Positions 13,831 through 26,988 of a DNA stretch of 63,863 nucleotides are shown here, piece after piece. Made by a program: the position numbers and the translations under genes. Within the stretch, counting starts at the first letter, position 1, and every line of letters begins with the position of its first letter. The notes below the pieces were generated by a model that saw nothing but the letters and a program-made list of their open reading frames with translations, did no database searches and was not told where the DNA came from. This stretch comes from Lama glama (taxonomy: Eukaryota). Location: positions 24,366,138-24,430,000 of the forward strand of contig CM052830.1 in NCBI GenBank assembly GCA_028534125.1. Direction: 5' to 3'.

Positions 13831-14859
13831 GCCATGCTCTCTGTTACACTGCCTCCCTTCTGAGGCTGGATTCCGACGGTTCATTTGTTCATTCGTTCAT
13901 TCACACACGCGTTCCCTCACTGAAACATTTTAGGCACTGGGAGTGAGAAAGGCAGGCCCAGCTTTTACCCTCAGGAAATTCACAGACGTGATGCAGAGAG
14001 GCAAGCGCCCTGAAGGGCAAGTGGCAGGCTGGGGGCTAGATGAGGGCGGCTCCCCAGCTCGGGCAGAGAAAGGGCCTGGGGCGTCGCTGGGAGTGGTGCT
14101 GCTTGAGTGACTGAGTGAAGGCCCCAGGGAAGGGCTGGCTTAGTCTGGCTGCCACGCATCCAGGCCAGGCTGCCCCACGGAGGAGGCTTGAGGGCTTCCT
14201 GGTCCAGAGGTTCCAACTTTGCTGCACAATGGACTCCTCTGGAGGCTGTAGAAGTCCCTCTGCCCCGGCCCCGCGCCAACCAGTCGGACTTCTGGGGCGG
14301 GGGACGCCCAGGTGGCAGTGAGCTTCGGCTCTCACCCACCGCCTGCCCCCGCCACGCTCTCCACTGAATGAGCCAGGGCCCCAGGAGGCAGTTTAAAGGC
14401 CTGGGACCATCAGCTATGTCTTGTGACTTCGTCAGCTGAAGGTTGAAACCAGAAGAGAAAAGTGGTTGCAAGAAGGGAACAGCTGGACAAACGCGTCAAG
14501 TGAGAGCGTAACTCAGATCCAGGTTTATCTTTAGCTCTCTCTCCACGGGCACACCACCGCACAGTCACATCCCGGATCTGGCATTCTGGACCATGGCTGA
14601 TGCCAGAGAAATGTTGCCTCCTAGCCTGGGACTCGGCGCGTCTCAGAAAGACGTGGGAGGACTTTGAGCTCTCACTAAAGGGAGCGAGGGCCCCGGAGGG
14701 TGAGACGGGTCTTGGGAGGGTGTCTCTGAGAGTCCCAGCCCCGCCTCCGGCCCCTCACTGCCCCACCCCTGAGTCAGGAGGAGACGCTCTGGCCCTGCCC
14801 TGATGCCCGCGCCCCAGGCCGTCGCTGAGTTCTTTCACTCCCAAACTAGAAGTGCCCTA

Positions 14860-15090
14860 TTGTGACATAGTTGCCGCCAACAGCAACTGAGCAGCAAAAA
14901 GGTTAATTAGATTAATTTTAAAACAAACTCTGCAGAAGGAAGGTGCTCAGACAGTTGAGCAGACCAGTGGAAAGCCAGTGTTGTCGCTAAATTGACTTCC
15001 AAATGAATTTTACATCCGTAGCTCATTTTCCTTAATTCATCCTCTGCTTCCTGTGATTTGTTGACAGCAATTGATTATTTAAGTGAGTGG
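14860..15090. promoter_or_regulatory. Candidate conserved non-coding enhancer (homeodomain/TALE motif cluster)
   Basis: AT-rich island with no recognisable repeat, in GC-rich surroundings. Contains TAATTA, ATTAAT, TTAATT, TGATTT-GT-TGACAG and TGATTATTTA. Function is inferred from motifs only. Confidence 0.35.
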
Positions 15091-15919
15091 CATCTGGGGG
15101 CCAGGATCATTCAGTGACCGGAAACGCACATATGATCCTAATGCTGAGTGTTACTTGCTTGAGTTTGCATCACCTACTTAGGCTGTAGAAGGGATCGGGG
15201 CATCAGAGCCGCCCCCATTTCAGGGCGCAGGGCTGACCACGGGGACCCGGGGCGCTGGGGTGCACTTCACACCAGAGGCTGGATGGTCCTGCACCTTTAA
15301 GACACCAGATCACAGCCTCACATCACTCACGGGCCATCTACCACTAGTTCTTGTTTGTTTGTTTGTTTTCAAAGCAAAAAAATTTAGAAAAACACACAGA
15401 TTTCTGGGTTTGGAATCTAGGAATCTCTTGGATGGATGAGTAGCTGTGCTGGTGATGAGAAAAATATGATGTGTGTGGGGAATGTGGAGGGAAAATGAGG
15501 AGAGGTTGAGACTAGAGCCAGAGCAGGGCTGTCGGATAGAGCGATGGTACACACACCACACATACACACACCCCCCACACATAACCCAGTCCCAGGACCT
15601 GAGATTCTCAGACCTCCATGTCGTCCGAATCCCCAGATGCTGGTTTCACAGGTGACTCCCAGGCTCCACTCCCGAGGAGATCTAGGAAGGGGCCCTAAAC
15701 TCTGCAGTAAATAAACACCCCGAGTGGTGCTGATGTGGGTGGCCCAATGCCCCTTTGAGAAACACTGTTTATCCCTAAACATTCTTCGTGTCCTGCCTCA
15801 GCTCTTTTCCCAGCTGTCTTTGATCCACTCTGTGCCTTGCCGCCTCCTCTCCCACTCTCGCTGCCGCTGCATCAGGGCCCACTCTGAATCCAAGACACTC
15901 TCATGTCAAGATTCTTAAC

Positions 15920-16022
15920 GACATCTCCAAAGGCCCTCCTGCCAAATAAGGACACGTTCACAGGTTCCAAAGGTTAGGATCTGGACATATCTTTTGGGGG
16001 ATCATTATTTAATCCACTATAG
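15920..16022 (-). mobile_element. MLT1B/C MaLR LTR 5' terminus
   Basis: ccaaataaggacacgttcacaggttccaaaggttaggatctggacatatcttttggggg. Confidence 0.7.
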
Positions 16023-16029
16023 TGGCTTA

Positions 16030-16440
16030 GAATCAAGATGAAAGCAGTGAAGTTACTGAAAAAAATAGTTATATTTTGAAGGTAGAGCCAACAGGATTTG
16101 AGGAGTAAGAGAGTGAGGAGTCAAGGATGACTCCACGGCATTTGGCTGAACAACTGGCACGATGGAATGGCCATGATTTGAGGCTGGAAAGGCTGCCGGT
16201 GGGTCAGGTTCAGGGAGAGTGGAGACCAGAAGCTCAGTTTTGAACATCTAAAGCTTGAGAAGAGTGTTAGGCATCCAAGTGGAGACGCCAGGCAGGTACA
16301 TGGATGTAGACGCTGGACTTCAGGAGGGGGTTCCTGGCCAGAGACGTAAGTCTGTGAACTATCAGCACAGACACGGCGTTAAAGTCGCGAAGCTGAATCA
16401 GGTGATCTCAGTGGTGAGTGTGGCGGAGGAGAGGCAGGAT
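16030..16440 (-). mobile_element. LINE-2 (L2a) fragment
   Basis: tattttgaaggtagagccaacaggattt...ggagtcaaggatgactcc...ctcagttttgaacat...catccaagtggaga are hallmark L2 motifs. Confidence 0.85.
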
Positions 16441-17619
16441 CTGTGCGCAGGGCCTGTGCCGGGCTGTGGGCAGAGACACGTCTGATGGTTCCTGCTCTCC
16501 AGTAACCCGCGGTCCAAGGTGGGAGACAGCCAGCAAGATCCATGCTCAGAAGTGTCCCATCTGCCAGCCACGCTGCTTCTCACACCAGCGCTCGGGTCAC
16601 CACGGGGACGGTCACGCTTCTTCCATACGTCCTCCGAGTGGCCGATGGCTCATGGCTTCTGTCTTTACAGACTTCTTTTAACGCTCAGTCCTCTTGCACA
16701 ACCATATGTTTGAAAGAGTAAGAGCAAAAAGAAGGCAGGCAACCCCCTTGCAGTCTGGGGAAATCCAAAGCTCTCCAGGAAGGAACTGGGCCGTAGCGTC
16801 TCCAAGTTCATCTCCTCTATGAAAGTGGTTCCCATTTCTGACTTTTTTCCAAACTAAAAGGCCAGTGAGACACATCAACTCAGATCAAGGTAACTCTCCC
16901 TATCTGAAAGGCGTTGCCAACCTGGGTCTGCATCTGCAGCCGCCAACCCCCATTCCTGTTTGTTGAGAGATGAGAAAACAAATATATTGGCAGCTTGTTA
17001 TGAAATATGTTCTCCCCAAATCCAATCTACTGTGTGTGATTCAAATCTATTTATACTCTTAAAAAATTAAAATCAATGCTTCTGTTTGGAGCACGGCCGT
17101 TTGTTCTTACTGAGTTTGCCTTCACAACGAAGCGCCCATAAAGCTGGCTGAGAGTTTTCTCCATTCAGGAAAATTGCGTGTTTCTGCAGGCGGTAGACGG
17201 GGCCGCGGTCCCGGCATAGGCAAGAGTGGTCCGGACGAGCAAAGCCAAGGTCAAGGCTGTCATAGTTATGTTTTACGGCCACAGAATGTAAAATCATGAA
17301 ATTATGAATTTCCTTGAAATTCTGCTTTTGGGGTAAAGGGAGGCGGAAGTTTGTCTGCAGGGTTGGAGTTTCAGTCGGCACAGTTAATTCACACCTTGTT
17401 TAAATGCGCGTGTTCTCCAGCCTGGTCTTCCTCAGATGCGGCAGAGCCCACAGGCGCCCGCACACGTGTGCACCGAGCATGGATCGCAAGGACGTCACCT
17501 GCAGCGCTGTCAGCAATAGCTCGGAGCTGCAGACGGCCTCCGAGTCCACCGGCACACGCGTTTTCTGTGCCATCTACAAAATGAAGTGCTACGTATCGTA
17601 TGAAAGGTCGGGTGAAGAA

Positions 17620-17980
17620 GCCTGCTGGTTTTGCCAAAACAAATACCGCAGACCAGGGGCTCACACCACAGACATTTATTTTCCCAAAGTCCTGGAGCCT
17701 AGAAGCCCGGGACCAAGACGTCAGCAGGCTGGTTTCTCCTGAAGCGTCCGCCCGTGGCTGGAGACGGCTGCCCCCTCCCTGAGCGCGCGCGCCTGAGGCC
17801 TCTGTGTCCCGAGCTCCCGCCCCTGAAAGGAGACCAGTCATGCCGGCTGGGGCCCACGCTAATGACCCACTTTAACTGAGCTACATCTTCAAAGGCTTCA
17901 TCTCCAAAAACAGTCACACTTTGAGGGGCTGGAGGTTAAGGCTTCCACATGTGAATTTTGGGAGACACAATTCAGGCCGG
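17620..17980 (-). mobile_element. MLT1A0 MaLR LTR
   Basis: cagacatttattttcccaaagtcctggagcctagaag...tctccaaaaacagtcacact...tgaattttgggagacacaattcag. Confidence 0.8.
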
Positions 17981-18096
17981 CACTGGACGAGCCCCACATA
18001 CTCTGACTTGGAAGAATGGCCATGAAATTCTGCTTAGAGAGAGAAGGAAGCTGCAGGGGAGTATGTATCGTGTGATCCTAGTGTTGCTTTAAAACC

Positions 18097-18203
18097 TGTG
18101 TGCGTGCATGTGTGTGCGCACATGCGTGTGTGTATGTACGTGTGTGCATGTGTGTGTACGTGCGTGTGTGCGTGCGTGCATGTGTGTGTGCGTGTGCGTG
18201 TGT
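18097..18203. repeat. Alternating purine-pyrimidine (TG/CG/CA) microsatellite, 107 bp
   Basis: Directly visible, essentially unbroken YR alternation. Confidence 0.9.
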
Positions 18204-19783
18204 CTAGGACACCGTCAGCAGGTGCACACTGACCGGGTAGCAGGGGCCTCTCTGGCAGGTAGAACATGGGGCAGAGGACTCGACTTCATTTTCTAAATGT
18301 CTGTATTGTTAGTTTGAACTTTTTTTTTTAACAGCAACCAAGCAACAAATTTGTAATTCAGTTTTTTGCAAACCTGGCAGGACAAAAGGAAGGCTGCTCT
18401 CACTCACAGGGAGGGCCCAGAGACAGCGCACACCTCAGCACTTCTGCCATCATTACATACTAAGTGCCTACTGTGTGCCAAGAACTTTACTACAAGTCTC
18501 ACTGACCCCCGCCCTACTGCTGTAAGCTGAACACCAGTGCCCACTTCTTACAGCTGGAGAACTCGCACCTGGAGCATGAATAATACAAATTCCTTGAGAA
18601 TCAAAAAGGGTCAACTGAAACATGTGGGCCAGATGGCAGTGGGAGCCATAGACTCACCACTGAGATCAGGGAGGCTGCAGGGCCAAGGACAGTGCCTGGA
18701 ACAGTGTGTGTCCCCCTGGACAAGCAGGAGTCCAGCCACAGATGCAGACAAAGGACCGGGTGCCTGGGACGAGTGCTGGGCGGGGCCACACTGATCCCCG
18801 GACTGCCAAGGATGGGTTTCATCCAGAGACGGGACCGAGGTCCAGAGCCAGGAACTAATCTGGGAACTCCAGACCAGAGCTGAGAGTTACGGCTTGACAA
18901 TAAGGGGTGAAGCCTGGGGGTTCTTTCTCGGTCATGGGGCAGAGCGGCGGAAGGGGTCTTCGCGGTGGGACTGAGTGCACAGTAGGTGCTGAACACAGGC
19001 TAATGTCCTCCTGTTCTGAAGCTAAGGAGTGTTATTCGCACACTGGTGACATTTGGGGTGTCTCCATACTTCTAGCTAACATTTTTATTCTTGCCCTCAG
19101 GACGGGTCAGAGTTCACCCAGGCATCGGGTCCAGCTGGTGATTTCAAAGAAGGAGCGCTGGTCGAAGCTGTGCACAAAAGCAGGGAGAAATAGACAAAAC
19201 TCTCCAAGGCAGAGCGGGGCCCAGTGGGGAGGAAGGCAGAGCCAGGCAATGGGATTCAAGGTCTCACTGCCCCAGACGGCTGGAGCGGCCTGGCCGGACG
19301 GCACTTTACATGAAGACTCGAGGTTGCTCACTCGGCTCCCAGTCCAGGCGAACTCACGGTACATCACGCCACAGCCACTAGGAAAGCTCCCGCATCTGCC
19401 GCCTGCGTCCCTAGAAGCATGGCGTTTCGGTCAGACGAAGTGAGGGTCCGACCGTCCTCAGGCCCGGCCAGACTTCGTCGGGGTTTGGGGTCCAGCTGGT
19501 GAACACTAGCAGCAGTTGTAAACCAGCAGCCCAGGGGCTGGATCCAGCCTGCGGACACTGTTGTCTGGTTTACATAACGCTGTAAAAAAACCACAAAAAG
19601 CAAAGGAAAAAACAAGCTGATCAAAAGCAAAAGTTTTCCAACAAAAACCCAGATTTCCAGCAGCTTTTAAAAGGTTCAGAAGACCCAGCACCGTCCTTCA
19701 CGACAACACCTGGCTGGGCCTGAGCACCATCTGCTTTTTTCAGATGCAGCGTCCACCTGGCCGTTTGCCACAGGGCTCCCCAT

Positions 19784-19850
19784 TCCCAGTGGTCCCCGAA
19801 GAGCGAGACTGGGGGCTCCCAGTGGTCCCTGAAGAGCGAGACTGGGGGCT
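19784..19850. repeat. 33-bp tandem duplication (2 copies, 1 mismatch)
   Basis: tcccagtggtccc[c/t]gaagagcgagactgggggc x2. Confidence 0.9.
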
Positions 19851-22189
19851 AGCTGGCCTTTATCACTGAGTTTGCAGAGCAAAGCTTTTCCAGAGCCACG
19901 TCTGTGAAAAGCGGGAACATGAGAGGAGACGGCCGGGTGGTTCTACTATACCTGTGGCTCCATTTATTCTCCGACGCGTCTGCTGTGTGCAGACGTTTGA
20001 GTTTGCGGTCTGCGCTCAGTGCACCCAGAGGAAGCAGCCCCGCATCTAGGAAGGCCTGCTGGGGAAGGGTTGCACTGGCGGCAGAGATTCAGCGTGGAGG
20101 AGAGACGGCTCAGAGGACGCAGCACTGTGGAGCACAGGCCCCAAAGGACTGCCACAGGCAGGCGGACTGGCTTCCGGGTTACTCCAGTGGGCAGACGGAC
20201 GACGCGGGTTCCAGGAAAGCAGATGTCAGCTTAACACGTGAACCAGTGTCTGAGCAGCCAAGCTTTCCGAAGGAGCAGGAGCAGGAGTGGAGAGCGGGAG
20301 GGGATGAGAACGGCGTCGGGGATGCGCCAGGAAGAACGAAGGAGGAGGCAGCCCCAGCCAGGGATTCCAGTCCTGCCGGTTATTCGCCGTGGCCTTGAAC
20401 AAGTGCTGAACTTGAGGCCTGCAAACAGGCATTAACATCACGCTGCCTTTTAGGGAGGTGGTGAGGGTAAAGCGAAAGCCATAAAATAAAAACCAAGTAA
20501 ACACTTTTGCGTGATACGTGTCCTGTAGTAAACACTCAGCAAATGTCAGCGGTCACTGCTCGTGATTGGGCGAGACGTTGGACAGTTATTTCCAAGAGCG
20601 CTGCCGAGCCGAGACTCTGTGCTCTCCTCTTCCTTCACTTCCACTTCCTCCCCTCCACAAAGTGCTGAAAAAGAAGGGAAATGAGGAAACGCAGCCTCGT
20701 TTTCCTGCCCTGCGCTTCTCACTCCCATCAGCGCGCTTCTCCTCATGAAACGGCCACAGGCGACGTCCGTGAATGGGGAGCTTTATCCTCAGCTCCTCCT
20801 ATGGCCTCTGCTTTGGCGCCGCGCGTCCTGGAAGCCGGCTACGGTTTGCAGAAGGGACGCTCGTCCGAAAGTGCCTGCTCGTCGCTCTTCCTTCAGATTT
20901 AAAGTTGGTTGCAGTGACGCCGTCGGGGGCTGAGTCAGCATCCAGATCAGTCAGCTTCTCGTGAGGAACTTGGAACCTGGACCCGGCTGCTGGGTGTCGG
21001 TTTGATGTGATTCCCGATCCACTTGGTGATGACTTAAGTGAAGTTGTTTTAATCCACGTGTTTATGACAAAGACCCAAGTTGGTTTTAGAAGTAGAGTTG
21101 TTTTGAGGAAAGAACGAAGCAAGCTGTGTGAGGGTGTCGTGACCCGTGGCCAGCCGGTCAGCACTCGGGGGCCCGGCGGCCAAGTGCCCGCCGGGGGCTT
21201 GCTGGTGAGGGCGCGTGGAGGAGCGGCCGCGGCGCGGCGCGTGGAACACGCGGGGCGAGAGCCACGGCGGAGAGGCCGGGTCTGGGCCGAGCGCCCTTTG
21301 CTGGTCCAGATCGTGGAAGATCGCGACACTCGCTCCTCTTGGCCGGCAATGGTGCCAACTGTGCGGCAGCCTCAGCGAGAGAAGGGGCATCTCCTCCTGC
21401 TGTGGGAGGGACTCCTGTAGGCACTGGTGCTGGCCCTGTCACAGTCCCTGGAGTGACAACCCTGGAGAGCCTGGCTACACCGGTGCCTCTGTTCCCTAGC
21501 AACGTGCTCCAGCAACAGAGGACTTTTATTTTGCGCTGGTAGCTGGATGCCACCTCCCTGTTGGCAGAGCCGGCTCTCCTGAAGCCACAGCTCTGAGAGG
21601 AGGCACACCTCGGGCTGAACCTGGACTTCATCTCTGTCCTCTCCCCTGGCCTGGAACAACGGTGTAGTCAGTCTGTCATTTGTTGGAGTGTGTTGATTCT
21701 CTGTTGCCTTATTCTGGAAGCTATTGGCTCGTGAAATTATTGTAATTCCCACGGGGAACCTGCGCTAAGTAACCGGTCTCTGAGCTGAATCTGCCACTCC
21801 TCAGACAAAACCCAGACAAACAATACGAAACGCCGAGCCATGAGGTGAGACCAAGACCTCTTCCCTGGAGCAGGGGCTGGTGTGTGCTGGGTGTGCGGGC
21901 TGCTGAACTCGCGGTTTATGGCTAAACTTGGTAGAGAAGGGGACGCTCGTGAAGTACATTTGTTCCCTCTTCCAGCAGAAGCTGGCTGAGGCGGACACCG
22001 TGAGACGCACACCGGTTCCTCCTTCCTGGTCAGACCCCGTTCTGTGGGAGAGGGAAAGTCACCAGCACCTCCAGAGTCCCCTTCGGCACAGCTGGTTCCG
22101 ACCAAAGATTCGAAGTTTCTTTCTCATCACATGAGCATGAGAAAGCTCTCACTTGCTTAAGCCACTGTTCACCAGCTGTTCTGTTACTT

Positions 22190-22792
22190 CCAACCAAGCA
22201 GAATCTCCACCATTCTCCAATCCTCAACTGGGTGTCCAGCGATTCAACTCTGACGTTACCTGCCTGGAGTTGCCATCAGACCTTGCAAGTTAAGGGCTCA
22301 TTCCCACTTCAGGCACCAGTCCTGGGCCACCCGTCCCGTACTTCTGACCCACCGTCCATAAATCCCCACGACCCCCTCCTCAGGTCTGATGATTTGCTAG
22401 AATAGCTCACAGAACTCAGGAGCACACTTAACGTTTGCCGGCTTCTGAGAAAAGACATAACTGAGGAACAAGAGGAAGAGCTGCACAGGGCCAGGCACGG
22501 GGGTGTGTGCAGGAGGGCGGGACCGGGTCGCCGGCCAGCAGGGACTGAACTCAATCTCCAGCCCCTCTCCCTTCCTCGGAGATTGCGTGGGTTAGGGTTC
22601 CAAGTCCCAGTCTTTTAATCACGCCTTGGTCTTTGGGGTGACCAGCCCCATCCTGAAGCTGTTGGGATCCCCAGCACGGGTCATCTCACCAGCATACAGA
22701 AGACATTATCCTTCAGGAGAGCCCAAGGGTTTAGGAGTTCTGCGCCAGGAGCCAGGGACAAGGACCAAATATTTATTTTTCATTCTACCATA
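22190..22792 (-). mobile_element. MER21-family solo LTR
   Basis: caactgggtgtcc...ctggagtt...aagttaagggctca...tttgctagaatagctcacagaactcagg...ccaggagccagggacaaggaccaaatat match MER21B/C. Confidence 0.8.
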
Positions 22793-22864
22793 GACTCGTA
22801 TCTAATTCACAGGCCAGCTACTCACTGGGTATCTCCATTAATTTTCACTGCATAACAAAGCACA

Positions 22865-23180
22865 AGATGGTCCCTGACTTATGATGGTTTGACTTACGAC
22901 TTTGCGATGGCATGAAAGTGAATACACATTCAGTAGAAATCTAATCAGAATTTTGAATTCTAATCTTTTCCGGGCTAGTGCTACGCAGTGGGGGTGCGCT
23001 GGTAAAGCTGGGGCATTCCCAGTCAGCCCCCAGATCACCAGGGTAAGCAGCCAGCACATTTGTAACCATTCTGTACCTACACAACTGTCTGTTTTTCACT
23101 TTCAGTACAGTTCTCAATAAGCTACATGAGCTATTCAATACTTTGTTGCAGAATTGTCTTTGTGTTGGATGATTTTGCCC
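22865..23180 (-). mobile_element. MER47/Tigger5-family DNA transposon fragment
   Basis: Terminal repeat agatggtccctgacttatgatggtttgacttacga, plus tttttcactttcagtacag...tgtgttggatgattttgccc. Confidence 0.8.
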
Positions 23181-24129
23181 TTCTGGGGCACCACCGCCCC
23201 CACACTCAAGTCCTCATCCAGGTCAGAATCACAGGTGCTCACCTGACTTGCCTGCCTCACTCATCTCTGTTACCGGGCTGGCCTCTCAAGGCTTTTGAGT
23301 TGCAACCCCTGCATTAAACCTACCCTGAATTTTCTCTTTTTTACCATCACCCCCATTCCCCGCATCTTCCCTCCATAAAATATGCACATTGTCATCTCCC
23401 ACTCATTCAGCATAATCCCGTTACTGCACCTTATGGAAAGCTTTTCCCAGCTTGAGGTCAGCTCATCAGAGAATCCTTTGCCTTTCATTGAAGCAGTGCC
23501 AAAAACCCCACCTCCTTTTAAAAGCCTTGCTTCTCTTACCAATGGTGAAACAGCGTGCATTCGTCTGGATTCAACATGTTTAAAAACAGGACTCCACAGT
23601 CAGTCCCCTCCTTCATCAGGTCTCAGGTCAAAGCTTGATTCGAAATACCCCTGTTTCTGAGCTACAGAAGGTGTTTGAGACACAAGCACAGAGTCTTCAT
23701 GCAAAGCAGCATCCCCCACATGAGGACAAAGAAGCAAACTGAGTCCTTTTCAAAGAGACACATTTGGTCCAAATTTGGAGAATCGCTGAGGGCAGTGACT
23801 CTCCTGGTGTAGTCCTTGGAGCATCGCCACCAGAACCACCTGTCAGCCGGTTAAGAATGCCACGTCTCCACGCCACCTCTGACCCAACGGAGCAGGCACT
23901 CTAGGGAGCAGCCCAGCAGCCTGCGTTCAACCAGCCTCCGGGTCGTGCTGATGCACGCGGTAGCTAGACAGCCACCAACTAGGGCCACTCCCACCGCCGG
24001 GCCCCGTGGTCCCAACCTGAGCGCAGCACAGTGAGCGGCTGCCTCCCTCCCCTGACGCGCACCTGCAAAAGGGGCAGCTGGCTCTGCTGCCCTCTGTATG
24101 TTTCCCAAAGTCCCTGATGGCTGCAGGTA

Positions 24130-24280
24130 AGTGGTTCCCAAAGTGGCTCAGCGTCAGCACCACCCGAGTGAGGACGGACGCCCAGCCTGCCGCCCTCACC
24201 CGAACCAGGAGGTCTGGGCTGGAGCCTGGAGTGTGTGCAGCTCTAACAGGCTCCCAGGGATGCTCGTGACCACGAGGGCT
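24130..24280 (+). mobile_element. MER5A-like fragment
   Basis: agtggttcccaaagtgg...ctaacaggctcccagggatgct. Confidence 0.55.
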
Positions 24281-24436
24281 TGGAAACCCTTTGTAGAAGG
24301 TACCTGCTCATGGGTTCACCTCTTTCCAACTCCCACTGTCTACAGGTTGGCACTTGAATTCCTGGAAAACTATTTTCAAAGCCTCTAGATTCTGCCGCTG
24401 GTTTTGGAAGGCTGCTAAGTGGCAGTGTGGTGGCTA

Positions 24437-24506
24437 CGGAGTGGCACACCTGTCTGGCCGCCGCTCCGCCGCGGAGTGGCACACCTGTCTGCACACCGCA
24501 CCGCCG
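24437..24506. repeat. 35-bp tandem duplication (2 copies, first 20 bp identical)
   Basis: cggagtggcacacctgtctg-gccgccgctccgccg / cggagtggcacacctgtctg-cacaccgcaccgccg. Confidence 0.85.
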
Positions 24507-26988
24507 CACATGCAAACTGTAGCTTTTTCGCCCAAATGCCCACAAGGCCGAACGATTCGGCCAGCCTGCACTCTGAGGCTCTCTGCAATGCCGTTTGACC
24601 CATAATGTGCTTTCTGCCTGGCCACAGGGGATTGTTGGCAGGCCTTCTGGAGGGTTAAATAAATGATGGGCTTCTCCGTGGTCACAGGAAACCATCTCCA
24701 GGTCAATGATACCGCGAAGCAGGGCTTTACGGAGCTTGCTAAGATGAAAACATCAGCTCCCACTAACCACATCCCCTCGTTTCTGAAACTTTGAAGCTTC
24801 ATTGCTGCAAAAAGGAGCACAATCAAGCCTCGATAAAATGTTAATAGCGGGCACTGCGCTCCGCAGCCAGCCTGCAATTAGCCGTTGCTACGCTACGGGC
24901 AGAGCCCAATCACGGTAATGAGGCAAACAAAGGGAGGGGATTCATCAGGGCTCTGAGGCCAGCGCGCAGCCGGCTCCACTCCGAGCGCTGGTTTCCGAGA
25001 GGCGGCAGCTGTGCCCCTGGGAAATCTCAGTCCTCCGCGAGGTCCACAAGGTCGCCCGGCTGGGCGGGTCGGGGACGGGCGGGTGTGATCTTCCCAGTAA
25101 GGAAGGCTGGTGTGCGGCATCATCCCTCCCACCACCGTGAGGACGCGCGCATGTGAAAACCGGTGCTGCCCCGACTTCGTGCAGGAACCCATGCGAGAGC
25201 GCGCGCCGCCCTCCAGGACTCTGCTCTCCCACGTGTGCTCCCGGGAGCGGTCGCGTCCACTCCATCTGGGAGCTTGTAAGAAATGCAGGTTCTCGGGCCC
25301 ACCTGGCCCTCCTGCGTCACAGCTGGATTTTAACAAGATACCCAGCTGGTCCGTGTGCACACGGAAGCCGAGACGCCCTGCTCTGGGAGACCTCACCCTA
25401 GTGAGGACAGCAGTTGTTATGACAATGACAGTGACCCTCGCTTCTGCCGGGTTCTGTGTGAGGCATTCTACACGAGACTCTCCCTCCATCCTCACCATCA
25501 CTCCAGGGACCTCTCCCCATTACGCACGTGAAGAAATGGAGGATCCGAGAAGTTAAAAAACTTGTCCACGTCCACTGGACTAGTAGTGGTAGGAAACAGA
25601 AACGTACTTTCAGGGTTTCCTGATGGCAAAGCCTGGTTCTTAGCCCCTGGTCTGGAACGCGACCTATCACACGCAGGTGAAGGGTGATTAAAAGTGACCG
25701 CCGTTCAGATCAGTGCGCGGTAACAGGTCGCAATGGGCTTAAAAAGGAGGACAGTTTGAAGGCTGATAAAGGGGCAGTGATCCTCTTTGGTCGGAGATCA
25801 GGGAAGAAGGAAGTAGCATTTGCGCTGGAATTTGAATGAGAAGTAGGATTTACACACAAAAGAAAAAAAAATGATGGGAAGGGCGTTCCTGGCAGCCGGA
25901 TCAGCACAGCAAAGTGCAGTGATCTGAAGACGTGAAGAGTGTCTCCCCAGCCAGCGAGTGGAGCACTCAGGCCTGGTGCGTGTGTGAGCGGGAGCTGGGT
26001 GACGGACAGCCCTGAAGGTCGAGGGAAGGGTCTGAACTTCATTAGGAGGTGATGAGGATTCACGGGGGGTGTCTGACTGCGGTGTGGGGCGGTCAGGCCA
26101 AGCTCCAGAGAGAGCTGTCTTGGAGATTATGGTCTGCACAGAGAAGACCGGAGGGCCTGAGAGCCCCAAGGCACCGCGGGGTCTGAGTCAGGGAGGTCCT
26201 GGGGGAGGGTCCAGGGCACTGGGAAGAGTCAGAGCCTCCGATGGCGGGCTCCCACCCGGGTGACCAGGAGAACACTGAGACAGAGGGAGGGGTGGTTTGG
26301 GGGAAAATGGCACAGTCTGAGATAGAGGACATCTGACATGGTTCACAGCTTCCCATCAGCAACACCAATGTTCATTCAATAGCTGTTGATCCAGAGGGAC
26401 AGCGAAGTCAGTAAGGCCCAGAAGCGAGCCCGCGGCAGCCCACAGTGACGGGTACCCCGTTCAGGGCCCGAGCTCAGTGCTCCGCAGGAAGGGTCCTTCT
26501 GACCCGACCTGTCACGTCTTCACTCAAAACCCAGGACATGTCTTACAATCACCCGGGAGCTTCAGAAACACCAGGACTCACCTCCTGAAAGATGTGTGCA
26601 CGGGCGGCAGTGAGTGACGGTCCAGGCTCAGAAGGCGAGGGTCTCGGCTGAGCCTGGGTGGACCTTCCAGTTCTGTCGATGCCCTTTAGCCAGACCACCA
26701 GGAGGACACCCAGTGAAACCAGGCAAATGCACTCCTCACTGTGGAGGCGGAGAGCGCCCCCCGGGGGGCGTGGGGGTCAGGGGCGTGTTCTGCCCACAAG
26801 GAGGTCTCAGAAGGAACCCATCACAACACTGGAGCCTTGCTGGGAGCCCTGGGGGAGGGTCTCAGGAAGTGGGGGTCGCTCTGGATCCGGTGTCTTCAGA
26901 AAGCGGGGGCACTTGCATTTCAGTCAATCCCACTTATTTCGGGGGAGACGAGCATGAAGACAAAGTTGAAACTGGTAAAGAAGTAGCA

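Noticed and set aside
19784-24506. CRISPR-like repeats
   Set aside because: Only two adjacent copies each, no spacers and no cas genes, in mammalian DNA.
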